DNA of 64,000 nt from positions 81,964,001 to 82,028,000 of the forward strand of contig OX597823.1 of assembly GCA_951406725.2 (NCBI GenBank). The letters are read 5' to 3'. Source of the DNA: Octopus vulgaris. Lineage: Eukaryota. Of the stretch, positions 9,514 through 22,459 are shown piece after piece. The translations under genes were made by a program, and so were the position numbers. The first letter of the stretch is position 1; each line of letters begins with the position of its first letter. A model generated the notes under the pieces. It was not told the DNA's origin. It worked only from the letters and a program-made list of their open reading frames with translations, and made no database searches.

Positions 9514-9871
9514 CTTTTGCTTGCTTCAGTCATTTTGACTTTGACCACGCTGGAGCACCGCTTTTTAGTCGAAGAAATCGACCCCTAGACTTATTCTTTG
9601 TAAGCGTGGTTCTTATTCTATCGTCTCTATTGCTGGACCTCTAAGTTACGGGGACGTAAACACACCAATATCGGTTGTCAAGCGATGGTGGCAGTAAGGG
9701 TGGGTGCAAACAGACACAAACACAAATATATACATACGACGCGCTTCTTTCAGTTTCCGTCTACCAAATCCACTCACAAGGCTTTGGTTGGCTCGAGGCT
9801 ATAGTAGAAAACACTTGCCCAAACCATGTGATTGGGAAGCAAGCTTCTTATTACACAGCCACGCCTGTGCC
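9512..9871 (-). mobile_element. SINE family A
   Basis: Homologous to the other copies, with an internal deletion in the head. Confidence 0.85.
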
Positions 9872-10741
9872 TATATATATATATATAAATATATATATAT
9901 ATGTGTGTGTATGTGTGTGTATACATTCTGTCTGTCTGTTTATCTATCTATCTTTCCTTGTATGCATGCGTTTGTATGTATGTATGTATGTATGCATGTA
10001 TGTATGCATGTATGTATGTATGTATGTGTGCATGTATGTATGTATGTATGTATGTATGTATGTATGTGTAACCATAACTTCACAGCAAAGAAAAGTTCTT
10101 TAACTTCAGATCTGCCCTGCCCTACTCAAACAGACTAAGGACTAAAGTTGCCCTAGCTGGGACCACCCGCTTGATGTTTAAAACTACCTTAATAAATGTA
10201 TCTCATTCAATTCTTCTAGTGATTTAAGGGCGATCACCTTGGTTGATTCATTAACAATTAATGATAAATGGCAGAATAGAATCCTGGAATTGCGGTTCCA
10301 TCCCCACGGAAAGATTCAGGCTAATCGTTGTAATTTGTTAATCGGAATGTGATTTGAGGGGGATGTAGCTTGTTTTCATGACCGTGGGAGTGAACACGTC
10401 CACTGTTGATATTACTGTAAGTTAGCGAACATTCTTTTATTTCACATCCCGGTCAGCAAAGCATCTTTTCTGCACTTTCCTCCAGAACAGAGGGGTCCTT
10501 AATTTTGAGTTCAATTTAAACTAATATTCTTTATTAATGTTCTGTAGAAAGTGAATGAACAACACAATCTCTGTAATATCTGAAGCGTTAGATCAATGTA
10601 AAACGAAATCTGTTAGAAATAAGTTTTGCTGCGTTTTCATATGGTGCCTAAAAGAAGCTGGAATAAAGAAAGCCTTTTATATTTGAAGCTGACCAGAAAT
10701 GCCTTAGGGGAGCGTAACGGTAAGGTTTCAAATTATATAGG

Positions 10742-10801
<60 letters not shown>

Positions 10802-11023
10802 TATCTCTCTTTCTTACCCCCCCCCCCATATTAATAACTGTTTGATTCAGCTCCACATGACTTTCGTGGGTGCAATAGGATTCTATATCTGATGAGATTG
10901 ATCTAACGAGACCACAAACTTTAGCTTTTAAATAGCTAAGCCAGACTGTTAAAGAAAAGAAGTATATATGTAATATGTGAAACTCCAAATCTGTTGTGTG
11001 CCACTTTATATATATATATATAT

Positions 11024-11215
11024 CGCCATGATAGATCGTTAGCCACTATACACACATTTTTTTCTCTCCTTGTTTTTTTTTCTGTGTCCCTTTCTGTAGA
11101 AGAGCGTAGGCTCGAAACGTAAAAGACTTTTTCTATTCCTGAGCGTTATACTAATACATCTGTTTGTTTTGTACGCCACCTGTCTTCGTCTTTTGTTCTT
11201 CTCATAAACTCTCCC
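11024..11215 (+). mobile_element. (TA)n-embedded ~190-bp element with variant hammerhead motif at 11090-11125
   Basis: CTTT-CTGTAGA-A-GAG cgtagg CTC-GAAA-CG-TA-AAAG; homologs at about 29065-29190 (+) and 48320-48493 (-). Confidence 0.7.
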
Positions 11216-11245
11216 TATATATATATTTATATATATAACAACTTT

Positions 11246-11288
<43 letters not shown>

Positions 11289-11382
11289 CATATTACTCTA
11301 CCACTGGTATTTGAGTACTCTTTTTCCACCTTGTTTCACATTTATGTGTTTACTCCGGTCTATATATATATATATATAGTTA

Positions 11383-11576
11383 TGGAGCACCGCCTTTAGT
11401 CGAGCAAATCGACCCCGGGACTTATTCTTTGTAAGCCCAGTACTTATTTGTAAGCCCAGTACTTATTTTATCGGTCTCTTTTGCCGAACCGCTATGTGAC
11501 GGGGACGTAAACACACCAGCATCGGTTGTCAAGCAATGCTAGGGGGACAAACACAGACACACAAACACATACACAC

Positions 11577-11609
<33 letters not shown>

Positions 11610-11778
11610 CATATGTACGACAGGCTTCTTTCAGTTTCCGTCTACCAAATCCACTCACAAGGCCTTGGTCGGCCCGGGGCTATAGCAGAAGACACTTGCC
11701 CAAGATGCCACGCAGTGGGACTGAACCCGTAACCATGTGGTTGGTTAGCAAACTACTTACCACACAGCCACTCCTGCG
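11383..11778 (-). mobile_element. SINE family A
   Basis: Ends ...ccacacagccactcctgcg; has an internal 22-bp duplication tttgtaagcccagtacttattt. Confidence 0.9.
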
Positions 11779-12291
11779 TAATTAGTACGCAGAGGCTCCT
11801 TCGAGTGAATGAACTAAATAGAGTTACCTCCCTTGATTTCTTTTTTTTCTTTCAATTCTATCTAGAGGGAAATTTTGTTTGTTGATTGCATGAATAATCT
11901 CTGTTAAACGAAGCTTTTTTCATTTCAAACGAAGGATGCTCTCGACTCTGCAGTGTGTGTATTTAGTTCGCAGAACATTCTTTTATAGGTCTTTTGTTTC
12001 CCCTCTCAGATATATTGTTGATATGCTTAGTCAGGCGTCCACAGTCTTCCCGTCGTTTCGCTCTCTCTTGCTTTCTCTTGCTCTCTCTCTCTCTCTCTCT
12101 CATCTGTCTCTCTTTCTATATATATTTATGTAGGAGTGGCTGTGTGGTAAGTAGCTTGCTTACCAACCACATGGTTCCGGATTCAGTCCCACTGCGTGGC
12201 AGGTTGGGCAAGTTTCTTCTGCTATAGCCTCGGGCCAAAAAAAGCTTTGTGAGTGGATTTGGTAGACAGAAACTGAAAGAAGTCCGTCGTA

Positions 12292-12354
<63 letters not shown>

Positions 12355-12439
12355 ATGTATGTATATGTATGTATATATAAATATATATGTGTGTGTGTGT
12401 GTGTGTATATATATATACATATATATATATGTGTATATA

Positions 12440-12490
<51 letters not shown>

Positions 12491-12530
12491 ATATACATAT
12501 ACATATATATATATACAAATACACATATAT

Positions 12531-12633
<103 letters not shown>

Positions 12634-12657
12634 TATATACACACATATATATATATG

Positions 12658-12707
<50 letters not shown>

Positions 12708-12721
12708 AATATATATATATA

Positions 12722-13118
12722 TCTTTATATATAAAAGTGAGGTTGTGTGCTGTCTGTCTCCTACGATTTAGATTCCTAACTACTCCCACATTTTGCGGTG
12801 CAGTTTAACCAAAAGCGGGTATCTTATAGTCGCGATTCATATCGAGCCCTTCTGAGTATTAGCTCGCGTCTACGATGAGTCTACGATTTAAAAAAGAATT
12901 TACCATCAATTTTTCCCATTTTTAATGTATTTTTGGCATATATAAGGGAAGTAACTCTCTAAAAATTTACTATTAAATCTCAGAACGTAAAAAGCTACAG
13001 TAACACCCCGCCCTTTGTGGTTAGCCATATTGACATGGCTATTATACTTTACATCTCTAAAAATGCTTATATAGTTATTTCCCTTACAAATCCGAGCAAC
13101 GCCGGGCGATACTGCTAG
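12722..13118 (+). mobile_element. Non-autonomous Helitron
   Basis: 5' TC after A; 3' hairpin ccgagcaacgccggg then CTAG followed by T; same ends as 38900-39410. Confidence 0.88.
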
Positions 13119-13224
<106 letters not shown>

Positions 13225-13261
13225 TATGTATATATATCTACACACACACACACATATATAT

Positions 13262-13843
13262 AACTGCAGTCTGAGAATAACCGAGTTAGTAAACGTTTTT
13301 ATCTTCATTTCACTAAATTTATCCAGCTTCTGTGTTCCTAGCACATATTTCGCCTTAATGTACTGATATATGGAAAATATATGGCTTGTGTTGGAAATAC
13401 CAGCGATTATAATTATTTTTATTTTATCGCAATTTGATTTGTTTACATATTTCTCGATAAATTTTGAGCGCTAGACGATATACCAGAAATCCCTAGTTTT
13501 GTCGGGACGTTCGGAGTCTGCGCAGTGATCTGATTAGTTAGAGAGAGTAAATCATTAGAAGCACATGCTTCTGGTGAGTTAGGATCTCAGAAAAACAGGG
13601 CTCTCACTGACGAATTCTCCCTGGGCAAATAAATTATCTTTATTGCTGAAAAGAAAGAAACTGCAGTCTGAGAATAACCGAGTTAGTAAACGTTTTTATC
13701 TTCATTTCACTAAATTTATCCAGCTTCTGTGTTCCTAGCACATATTTCGCCTTAATGTACTGATATATGGAAAATATATGGCTTGTGTTGGAAATACCAG
13801 CGATTATAATTATTTTTATTTTATCGCAATTTGATTTGTTTAC

Positions 13844-13847
<4 letters not shown>
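13262..13847 (+). mobile_element. Retrozyme-like 1.5-mer of a 397-bp unit
   Basis: 189-bp direct repeats 13262-13450 and 13659-13847 read as identical; hammerhead motif spans the junction; (TA)n on both sides. Confidence 0.75.
13602..13673 (+). ncRNA. Type I hammerhead ribozyme motif
   Basis: Stem I TCTCA/TGAGA; core CTGACGA; stem II TTCT/AGAA with an A.A first pair and an inner hairpin; GAAA; palindromic ACTGCAGT stem III; GTC cleavage after 13668. Confidence 0.7.
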
Positions 13848-13874
<27 letters not shown>

Positions 13875-13879
13875 TATAT

Positions 13880-14006
<127 letters not shown>

Positions 14007-14574
14007 CTTGTGTATCTGTCCCCCCAACATCGCTTGACAACCGATGCTGGTGTGTTTACGTCCCTGTAACTTAGCGGTTCGGCAAAAAAGACCGATAGAA
14101 AAATACTAGGCTTCCAAAGAATAAGTCCTGTATATATAAGTATATATATATATATACGTACACACACACTTATTAAAGCTGCAAAATCTTCACAAATTGT
14201 AACTCAGCGTTTCACGTTCCCGATGGTCGGTCTCATTGCTTGGACAAGTGACTTTTATGTGAGCCTCTGGCTATACACAAAGATTTAACTTGTTACAAGC
14301 AAGGTAACGTAGTAAACTGAATGCCAACCGTTTCATGTAATAACATGGTAAAATGAATGCTAACACATTCAGAAATAAAACATCACCGCGGAACTGATGA
14401 GGTTGCTACGTTGAATTCAATTCATTCTTCCAAGGAAAAAAAAATTAGATACCTACAATCGACGAACATAATATGCAGAGAGTGTTCATTCATATTTAAT
14501 GCTATTTGACCCATCTGTATATATGATTTAACGTCACAGCTATTCGATATAAGTGAATTGAATGTGCGTTATCT

Positions 14575-14941
14575 CTCTATGTATAAACGGCAAAATATCT
14601 GTCTGTGTGTGTGTCCTTTATACAAATCCACAATTTTTCAGTTAGAGGGCTCGCACTTTCTATGGTCATTTAAAATCGTCCAAGGGTGTTTGTGCACATC
14701 TTTACATTTCACCAGTCACCCCGCAAAGCTATTAAAAAAATCAATAGAAGTGACATGTTTGTGAATTTTTTAATCCAAAACCCAATCAAAATGCCCGAAA
14801 CTTGATACGCCAATTGAATGCCAGCTAGCTGTATGTGATTGGTCGGAGATTTGGACAGTACTCGCGTGTATGTGCGCACGCACGCAGCTGTATATGTGAG
14901 CACTAGCACTATGACCCGGCGTTGCCGGGTTATAGTGCTAG
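14575..14941 (+). mobile_element. Non-autonomous Helitron with fully palindromic 3' end
   Basis: 5' TCTATGTATAAACGGC..ctgtctgtgtgt; 3' ...gccgggttatagtgCTAG followed by T. Confidence 0.7.
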
Positions 14942-15733
14942 TATTATATTTAAACTGCTCACCTGTATTAAGCAATGTTGTGGAAATGTCCGAAAGAAGA
15001 CGATCTTGAGTAGAAGCGGTCGAAATGGGGTTCCTTTGAAGGATCTCCGGAGTAACGTTATTTGACAAGGTGCATAGCTTGGAGATCAGGGAGTCTTTCC
15101 AAGCCGAGTCAGTACTTCTCTGCACCGTGCAGTTACAGTTCCGGTACTGTGGACTTGTGGTTAGACTGTGACGAGGACGAATCACCAGACGGATTCTTCA
15201 AACCGAACCAACTGGCAGGATACCTAGGGATAGGCTAGGAATGAGATTGTTGGGTAATATCCATGTGGTGTATGCGGGAGATTTGAAGTAAAACACCTAC
15301 CTTCTCTTCGTCGACGCGGACCTCCCCGGTAGTAACGCACCCTTCCACGTGGCCCGACCCGAACGCTAAAAATAGCAGCTGCTTTTCCCTTACCTTATCG
15401 AAGCGCTCACACGTCCAGCACTCTCGGCTACCCCGATCGAAAAAGCCCAATCATCCCCTGCATGCGCGCGCGTCACTCCTGCGCCCTTTCCTCTTCCGGT
15501 CAGCTCCCCAGCTGCTGACGCCATCCCACAATCCATAGTCTCAGTTGGTCAGACTTGAGAATCCAGCCGGAATATGTAATGACGGTTGCTTCTGAGAGGA
15601 CCCTGTGGAATTGATGCCTGAAGAGTCTATCTCCACGACCCACCCAGGAATAGTGGTCAGTGAAAATGGATGGATGGATGGATGGATAATGCATAAAAGC
15701 AATACAATAGACAAAAACAACAACAACAATAGT

Positions 15734-15921
15734 GGAGGCGTAATGGCCCAGTGGTTAGGGCAGCGGACTCGCGGTCGTAAGAACGCGGCTTCGATTCCCA
15801 GACCAGACATTATGAGTGTTTATTGAGCAAAAACATCTAAGCCCCACGAGGCTCCGGCTGGGGTTGGGTGGTGAACCCCGCTGTACTCTTTCACCACAAC
15901 TTTCTCTCACTCTTTCTTCCT
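15734..15921 (+). mobile_element. SINE family C, head and core only
   Basis: ggaggcgtaatggcccagtggttagggcagcggactcgcggtc...ttcgattcccagacc; A and B boxes present. Confidence 0.85.
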
Positions 15922-16153
15922 ACTTTTGCCACAAAGTAGAGGAACCCTGGTGTAACTCTGGTGACACTAGTCTAGATTGCGAATCCTCTGTATCCCAGGA
16001 TGGTTCAGCTCTCCACCCGTTAAAAGCCACCGTTTACGGAATGAGGATAACAACGTAGCTTTCGTGCCCATGCAACCGCCAGGCTATCTAGTAGCTTAGA
16101 GTAGGCTCGAATTAGAGATTATTCTTTGTGGCTAATGGCGTGAGTCCTGATTG

Positions 16154-16274
16154 GAAGAAGAAGAAGAAGAAGAAGAAGAAGAAGAAGAAGAAGAAGAAGA
16201 AGAAGAAGAAGAAGAAGAAGAAGAAGAAGAAGAAGAAGAAGAAGAAGAAGAAGAAGAAGAAGAAGAAGAAGAAG
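16154..16274. repeat. Pure (GAA)n, about 40 units
   Basis: Direct reading. Confidence 0.97.
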
Positions 16275-16944
16275 ACAAAAAAAACAACAAAAACAGTAAA
16301 TATAAAACCCACGGTGACGTGGAAGGTGTCTTTACAGTAAAACTCCCCTCAAAACACTTTAGAGTTTTGCTGTTTTGTTTTGTGGTTTTTCATTTTATTA
16401 TTTCTTTTAAGATTTTAGGAGACTAGGAATGGGTTGGAAACAAACATTTTGTGCTATATAAGTAAAAGTTGTTAGCATGTTGGTATAGAATAACTAAGAT
16501 AATCTTACAGGGTTACGAGTAACGATCAGCAAACAAAAACATAAAATGTAGATATACTAAAAATGCCGTTGGTTGCTTGAGTGGTTGCTGTACAACAGCA
16601 TTGCGAAAGTGGCGAGGATTAAATTATTCCTCGAATTTGACGAAGATAATGCGTTGGTTCTGTTATCTAGCATCACGCAGCTTGTGCAGCGTTGAAGAAT
16701 AAAAATGGCGTCAGATGATATCTTGAGAATTTTCATACAAATTATTGATTTCTGACACAGCTGTAAGTCTTCAGATTTTATAACAAATGACAAATTAAAT
16801 TGTGTGGCATATATGGCGCTTTCAAGGGCATATGTACATCTAAGAGAATAACTAAACTACATGCGGGGATCAAAATCACAATTACAGATTCCAATCACGG
16901 AGAACTCCTCCATACAATGGACATATTAGGAATACAGTCTTAGA

Positions 16945-17285
16945 TGTAAATGGATCTTCGTCGGTTTCGACGATTTGAACATAACTGTGTAGTCGACCGA
17001 CCCATCTGTTCACTGAATTAGCGTGAAAGTGGCCGAGTATGTATTCCACAAACACGGACACTTTTGATGTTATTCTCAAATAGAATCAACGAGACACAAA
17101 GTTAAATTGCTTTTTTTTAAAAATTATCGGCACAATTAACCCAAAGGGTTCCATATAGTTTCCATCTATGCAGCTTCACCTATAACACATGAGCCAACCC
17201 GGAGTACTGATGAGAGACACTTGTTCAAAACGTCACACAATGTGATCGAACCCGAAATCACATAATTGCGAAGCAAATTTCTCGA
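16945..17285 (-). mobile_element. SINE family D, old diverged copy
   Basis: gaattagcgtgaaagtggccgagtat..ccacaaacac and cacttgttcaaaac..cacaa resemble 63585-63893. Confidence 0.55.
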
Positions 17286-17387
17286 GCATTCGGGCATCGA
17301 CTTGTCATATTGCATTAGCAAATATTCTGTAAATCGAGTAAGGTAGTATGAGATGTTATGACTTTCATCCCTTTCCCAAGAAACGTA

Positions 17388-17468
<81 letters not shown>

Positions 17469-17889
17469 CGATTTCGACTGGAGATTGAAACCACATTTAT
17501 CTCATCTTCGGCAAGCCAAGATTCTGCTATTCGTTATACACCATTCTTCACTTTTAATAATTTCGATCCCTAATTCTAAAACAATATTAGAAATGTTGTT
17601 GATGTTGTTGTTGTTGTTGTTGAGGTGGTGGTGGCGGTAGTGGTTGTTTAATTCCAGCTCAGTCATGACGGAGCAGTCTTATGATTAAAGATGTCCCATC
17701 GTTTTTTGGTATGTTCATAACTTGCTTTACCCAGTGTTTTCTTTTTGTAATTTATGATAAATGGCTGTGGTTAACCAGAAATTTCGCAAACCGTCTAGCG
17801 CCCACATAAATCCTTCAAAGAAATTGTATGATATTCATTTGCGCTTTTATATACACCTCCGGAAGTTGTTGTTGACAAACAACAGCAGT

Positions 17890-18099
17890 AATTATATTCA
17901 GCTGAATACACGTCATTGATTGGTTGAAATTACCGAAATACAACTTTAACACGAAATAACTTCGTAAATATAAACTTTTCTCAAAAACGCTAAGAGTAAA
18001 AGATGTTTTATATGACACATTCTACCAGTGTACGAAGTTTGAAAGTGTTTAGTTACAAAAAATTATATTCTAAATCTGCCGGTCAAAAGGTAAAGATCC
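17890..18099 (-). mobile_element. Partial relative of the 5527-5951 MITE
   Basis: cattctaccagtgtacgaagtttgaaagtgtttagttac...aaagatcc is the reverse complement of the 5527-5720 arm. Confidence 0.7.
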
Positions 18100-18522
18100 C
18101 AAAGACATTCATGATATAAAAAAATCTTTAAGATGTCCAAATGATAGACACAGGAATCCAGGTTCGAATCGTATCCCCAGCATTGCGTAGTATTACATGA
18201 AGGGACATAAATACTAATGCGATCAGGTTCCACATGGGTGATGTAGTCAATGAAAAGGAAAGCAAAGACAAACTTCCATTAATGTAGGCGTAGGCATGGC
18301 TGTATTTAAGAACCTCAATTTGCAAACATGTGGTTTCGGTTTCAGTTCCATTGCGTGGCACCTTGGCATGTGTCTTCTACTGTAGTCCTGGGCTGACAAA
18401 TGTAATGTGAGCAAATTTGGCGGGTAGACGTGAAACTGAGCGGAAGTTCGTTGTGCGTGCGTGTGTGTGTATGCGTATATGTATAAAATTTTCGGTGATA
18501 CTTGGTCGATGAGGAATTTGAG

Positions 18523-19865
18523 CTGAAATTTCATAACATTGAACTGCATGTTATTTTTGTTAGCCCATTTGTATATTTCATTCAAGTCTTTCTGCAGTTT
18601 CATGATGTCCTATGGGTTCCTAGCTGCCTGCGATACTTTTGTGTCGTCAGATTGGGCTGACTGTTCCGCGGAGGGCATGTCTGAGAGGGCTAGCACAAAT
18701 TGTAGTGGCCTCAGTACAGTTCCCTGTGGAACTCCGCTGAGAATTGGTGTCTCTTCAGAGTGAGCATCATTGGCTACAACTGTCTGACTCCTTCCCTTCA
18801 GAAAATCATGTAGCCACTCTCCCAATTTCCCCGTAATACCAAGGTTTCGCAGCTTGTAACATATCATGCCATGATCAACCTTGTCGAAGGCCTTGACAAA
18901 GTCGAGGTATATCACGTCTACAGCTGACTGGTTTAGCTGTTGCTTCAATACCCAGTCAAAGTGCTGTAGCAACTGTGTGAGGCTGCTCCTCCCTGGATGG
19001 AAGCCATGTTACGTTTTTGTGAGAAGGTTGTTTTCTTCTAGGAACGTGATCAGCCTTTCTCTGATAATGCGTTCCATTGTCTTGCTAACATGTGAGGTCA
19101 GAGAGATGGGCCTGTAGTTTTTAGCATCTGTTCTGCTCCCTCTTTTATGGACAGGACATATTATACCCTCTTTTAGCATGTTGGGAAGTTTACCACATGC
19201 AAGGAAACTTTGAAAGAGTATCTGCAGTGGCTTTGCAAGAGCCTTTTTACATGTCTTTAAGAGAACAGCCGGGAGTCCATCTGGGCCTGTTGAGAGTTTG
19301 ATCTCATCTCATCAATGGCCGATATTACATCTTCTATTATGTTGATTTAATCGATAGTTGCTTCTTTTCCGAGAGGTTTCGTTACATTGAAAAACTCCCC
19401 AGGCTTGTTTATTTGCATATTTTCCAGTGGAGAAGTGAAAACACTTTGAAATTGTTTATTTAGCGTTTCACTTATCTTTCCCTGGTTTGCCGTTAGTGAG
19501 CCGTTTTTACCAAATAGCGGCCCTATCTTATAGCGTACTGAGGCAGACTCCTTTGCCAACGTGCAGAAGGCTTTAGGATTTTTAAAAATCGACTGCCCAG
19601 GTTTCTCTTTCTTCTCTTTGTTTGTCATGAGAGATTCTGAGTTTATTTTCTATTTCAAAAAGTTCCTCTGTCAGGTGGGATTTCACACTGTCATTAAGGT
19701 GTTTGCTTAAACGATTCAAGATCTTTATTCTCCGACGCATTAGTATTCTCCTGTTTCGGAGAATGATGCTTTTGTTTGTATTGGCTCTCTTCTCTGGGAC
19801 GTATTTAATGCATATGGCTCGCATTATCAACATGAATTTATTGAGTTTCATATCTATGTCTTTCA
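18523..19865 (-). mobile_element. Decayed CR1/L2-group LINE ORF2 (reverse transcriptase) fragment
   Basis: VDVIYLDFVKAFDKVDH, SGVPQGTVLRPL, SDDTK, LQKDLNEIYKWA..NNMQFN; upstream GPDG, YRPISLT and NPKAF; stops and frameshifts. Confidence 0.9.
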
Positions 19866-20501
19866 TAGACAGACTTGTATGTATATATGTTGTGTTGTAT
19901 GTATGTATGTATGTATGTATGTATGTATGTATGTATGTATGTATGTATGTATGTATGTATGCATGCATGCATGCATGTATGTATGTATGTATGTATGTAT
20001 GTATGTATGTATGTATGTATGTATGTATGTATGTATGTATGTATGTATGCATGCATGCATGCATTCATGCATGTATGTATGTATGTATGTATGTATGTAT
20101 ATGTTCTTTGTGTTACTTGTCCTGTTTTCAATTTTTTCTCTCTCGTTGTTTGTGTATTTAACTCGCTTGGTTTTCTGGAAAAGGCTAGGAGAATGCTTTT
20201 GATTGGTTTTGACTGGACAGTGGTTCTCAGAAATATAGAAGGAACATCCTCTGGTACAACTGGTTTGTATCTGAAGACAGAATACTTAACACCTTTCAGG
20301 TGTGCAACACGTGACACACCTCACCCTGTATAATTACCAAAAGGAGGTTGGTGTATTCGGTGAAGGTTCCAGTAATTTTGAACTTGCCATGACCTAGAGA
20401 AAGAACACGAAGAAGAATAGTCTTACTTTCTAATACTGGACCTGTTAAGCCATAATTATCATTCTCATCAGGGATCGCAGAGGGGAAACACACAACCCTC
20501 A

Positions 20502-20562
<61 letters not shown>

Positions 20563-20638
20563 CTTAGATCACATGAACTATCTTTGGTAGTCACTTAACC
20601 ACATCAAAGAGTTAAGGTTCTTGCTTGAAGCTATAAAG

Positions 20639-20953
20639 CAGCGGCTCTCAACCATTAAAAAGAAATCTATGGACCATTTTGATTACTATTTTATTCTGAT
20701 GAACTTCCATAGCCATTTGATGTTTAAAAACTAGTTTGATAGATATTTCTTTCAAAATTCCTGTTTTGTTATTCACACATTAACTTGTAAAGCATTAGAG
20801 AAAGAAACCTAAATGTTTCTTACAATAAATACCAATACATACATCTAGAGCAAAATGTTTTAGGGGCTCTTAAATTAGTATTGTGGATCCCCGATTTACT
20901 ATTTTTTTGCATGGACCCACAAATCTTACATGGATCCTGGTTGAGAACCACTG
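20639..20953. mobile_element. hAT (Charlie/Buster-type) MITE
   Basis: TIR CAGCGGCTCTCAACCA / TGGTTGAGAACCACTG; perfect 8-bp TSD CTATAAAG (20631-20638, 20954-20961). Confidence 0.92.
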
Positions 20954-21020
20954 CTATAAAGAATCTTTTCTAAAAGGACCAACAAATTCACGAAACTCTC
21001 ATTTAATCAATCCCATGTAC

Positions 21021-21428
21021 GCGCAGGAGTGGCTGTGTGGTAAGTAGCTTGCTTACCAACCACATGGTTCCGGATTCAGTCCCACTGTGCGGCCCCTTGA
21101 GTAGGTGTCTTCTACTATAGCCTCGGGCCGACCAAAGCCTTGTGAGTGGATTTGGTAGACGGAAACTGAAAGAAGCCCGTCGTATATATGCATATATATA
21201 TATGTGTGTATGTGTGTGTGTGTATCTTTGTGTGTCTGTGTTTGTCCCTCCAACATCGCTTGACAACGGATGCTGGTGTGTTTACGTCCCCGTAACTTAG
21301 CGGTTCGTCAAAAAGTGACCGATAGAATAAGTACTAGGTTACAAGGAATAAGTCATGGGGTCAATTTGCCAAACTAAAGGCGGTGATCCAGCATGGCCAC
21401 AGTCAAATGAATTAAACAAGTAAAAGAG
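21021..21428 (+). mobile_element. SINE family A, full length (tRNA-like head, internal TA/TG microsatellite)
   Basis: Head gcaggagtggctgtgtggtaag...ggattcagtccc; 3' end ...acaagtaaaagag; more than 12 related copies in the window. Confidence 0.92.
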
Positions 21429-21720
21429 AAGAAAATGATTATGAAATATTCGTGTGATAATTTCGACAGCGGATGCGCTCGTGGCTAGAGATAGCCAGGT
21501 TACAAAAGCAGTTTGAGGAAGTATACCTTCTTGATGACAGAGGTCGCCAATAACGTCAGGTATCATAACCAGGTTTTATGAACACAGGAAATCTTTCAGG
21601 GACACCATTCGAAGAACGAGCAATCTCTACATGCAGTAACTTTCAACCACATAGATGCATTAGTAGCGTCTGCATGCAGGGGTAGCACCTCGAGGAATTT
21701 TAGTCGATCGGATCGACCCC

Positions 21721-21949
21721 GGTGAGCTGGCAGAAACGTTAGCACGCCGGGCGAAATGCTTAGCGGTATTTCGTCTGCGTTACGTTGTGAGTTCAAATTC
21801 CGGCGAGGTCGACTTTGCCTTTCATCCTTTCAGGGTCGATAAATTAAGTACTAGTTACGCACTGGGGTCGATGTAATCGACTTAATACCTATGTCTGTCC
21901 TTGTTTGTCCCCTCTATGTTTAGCCCCTTGTGGGTAATAAAGAAATAGG
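21721..21949 (+). mobile_element. SINE family B, full length
   Basis: gagctggcagaaacgttagc..gagttcaaattc..gtcgactttgcctttcatcctttc..aataaagaaatagg; multiple copies. Confidence 0.9.
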
Positions 21950-22055
21950 TACTTATTTTGTGAAGCATGACACTTATACTATCGGGCCCTTTGCCCCAGT
22001 TGCTAAGTTACGGGGATGTAAACACTAATACCGGTTGTCAAGCGGTGGTGAGGGA

Positions 22056-22111
<56 letters not shown>

Positions 22112-22282
22112 TATACGACTAGCTTATTTCAGTTTCCGCCTACCAAATCCACTCACAAAGCTTTGGTCAGCCCAAAGCTATAGTAGAATGCACTTGCCCT
22201 AAGTGCCACACAGTGGGATTGAACCCGGAAACATATGGTTGGGAAGCAAGCTTATTACCACACAATTTTCTTTTATATTTAT

Positions 22283-22317
<35 letters not shown>

Positions 22318-22459
22318 CTTCTTTCAGTTTCCGCCTACCAAATCCACTCACAAAGCTTTGGTTGGCCCAAGCTATAGTAGAACACACCTGCCCTAAGTGC
22401 TACACAGTGGGATTGAACCTGAAACCATGTGGTTGGGAAGCAAGCTTCTTACCACACAA
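21950..22459 (-). mobile_element. SINE family A with tandemly duplicated head segment (about 22118-22263 and 22315-22459)
   Basis: Two near-identical actagctt..tttcagtttccgcctacc..accacacaa blocks, each preceded by (CA)n. Confidence 0.8.
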
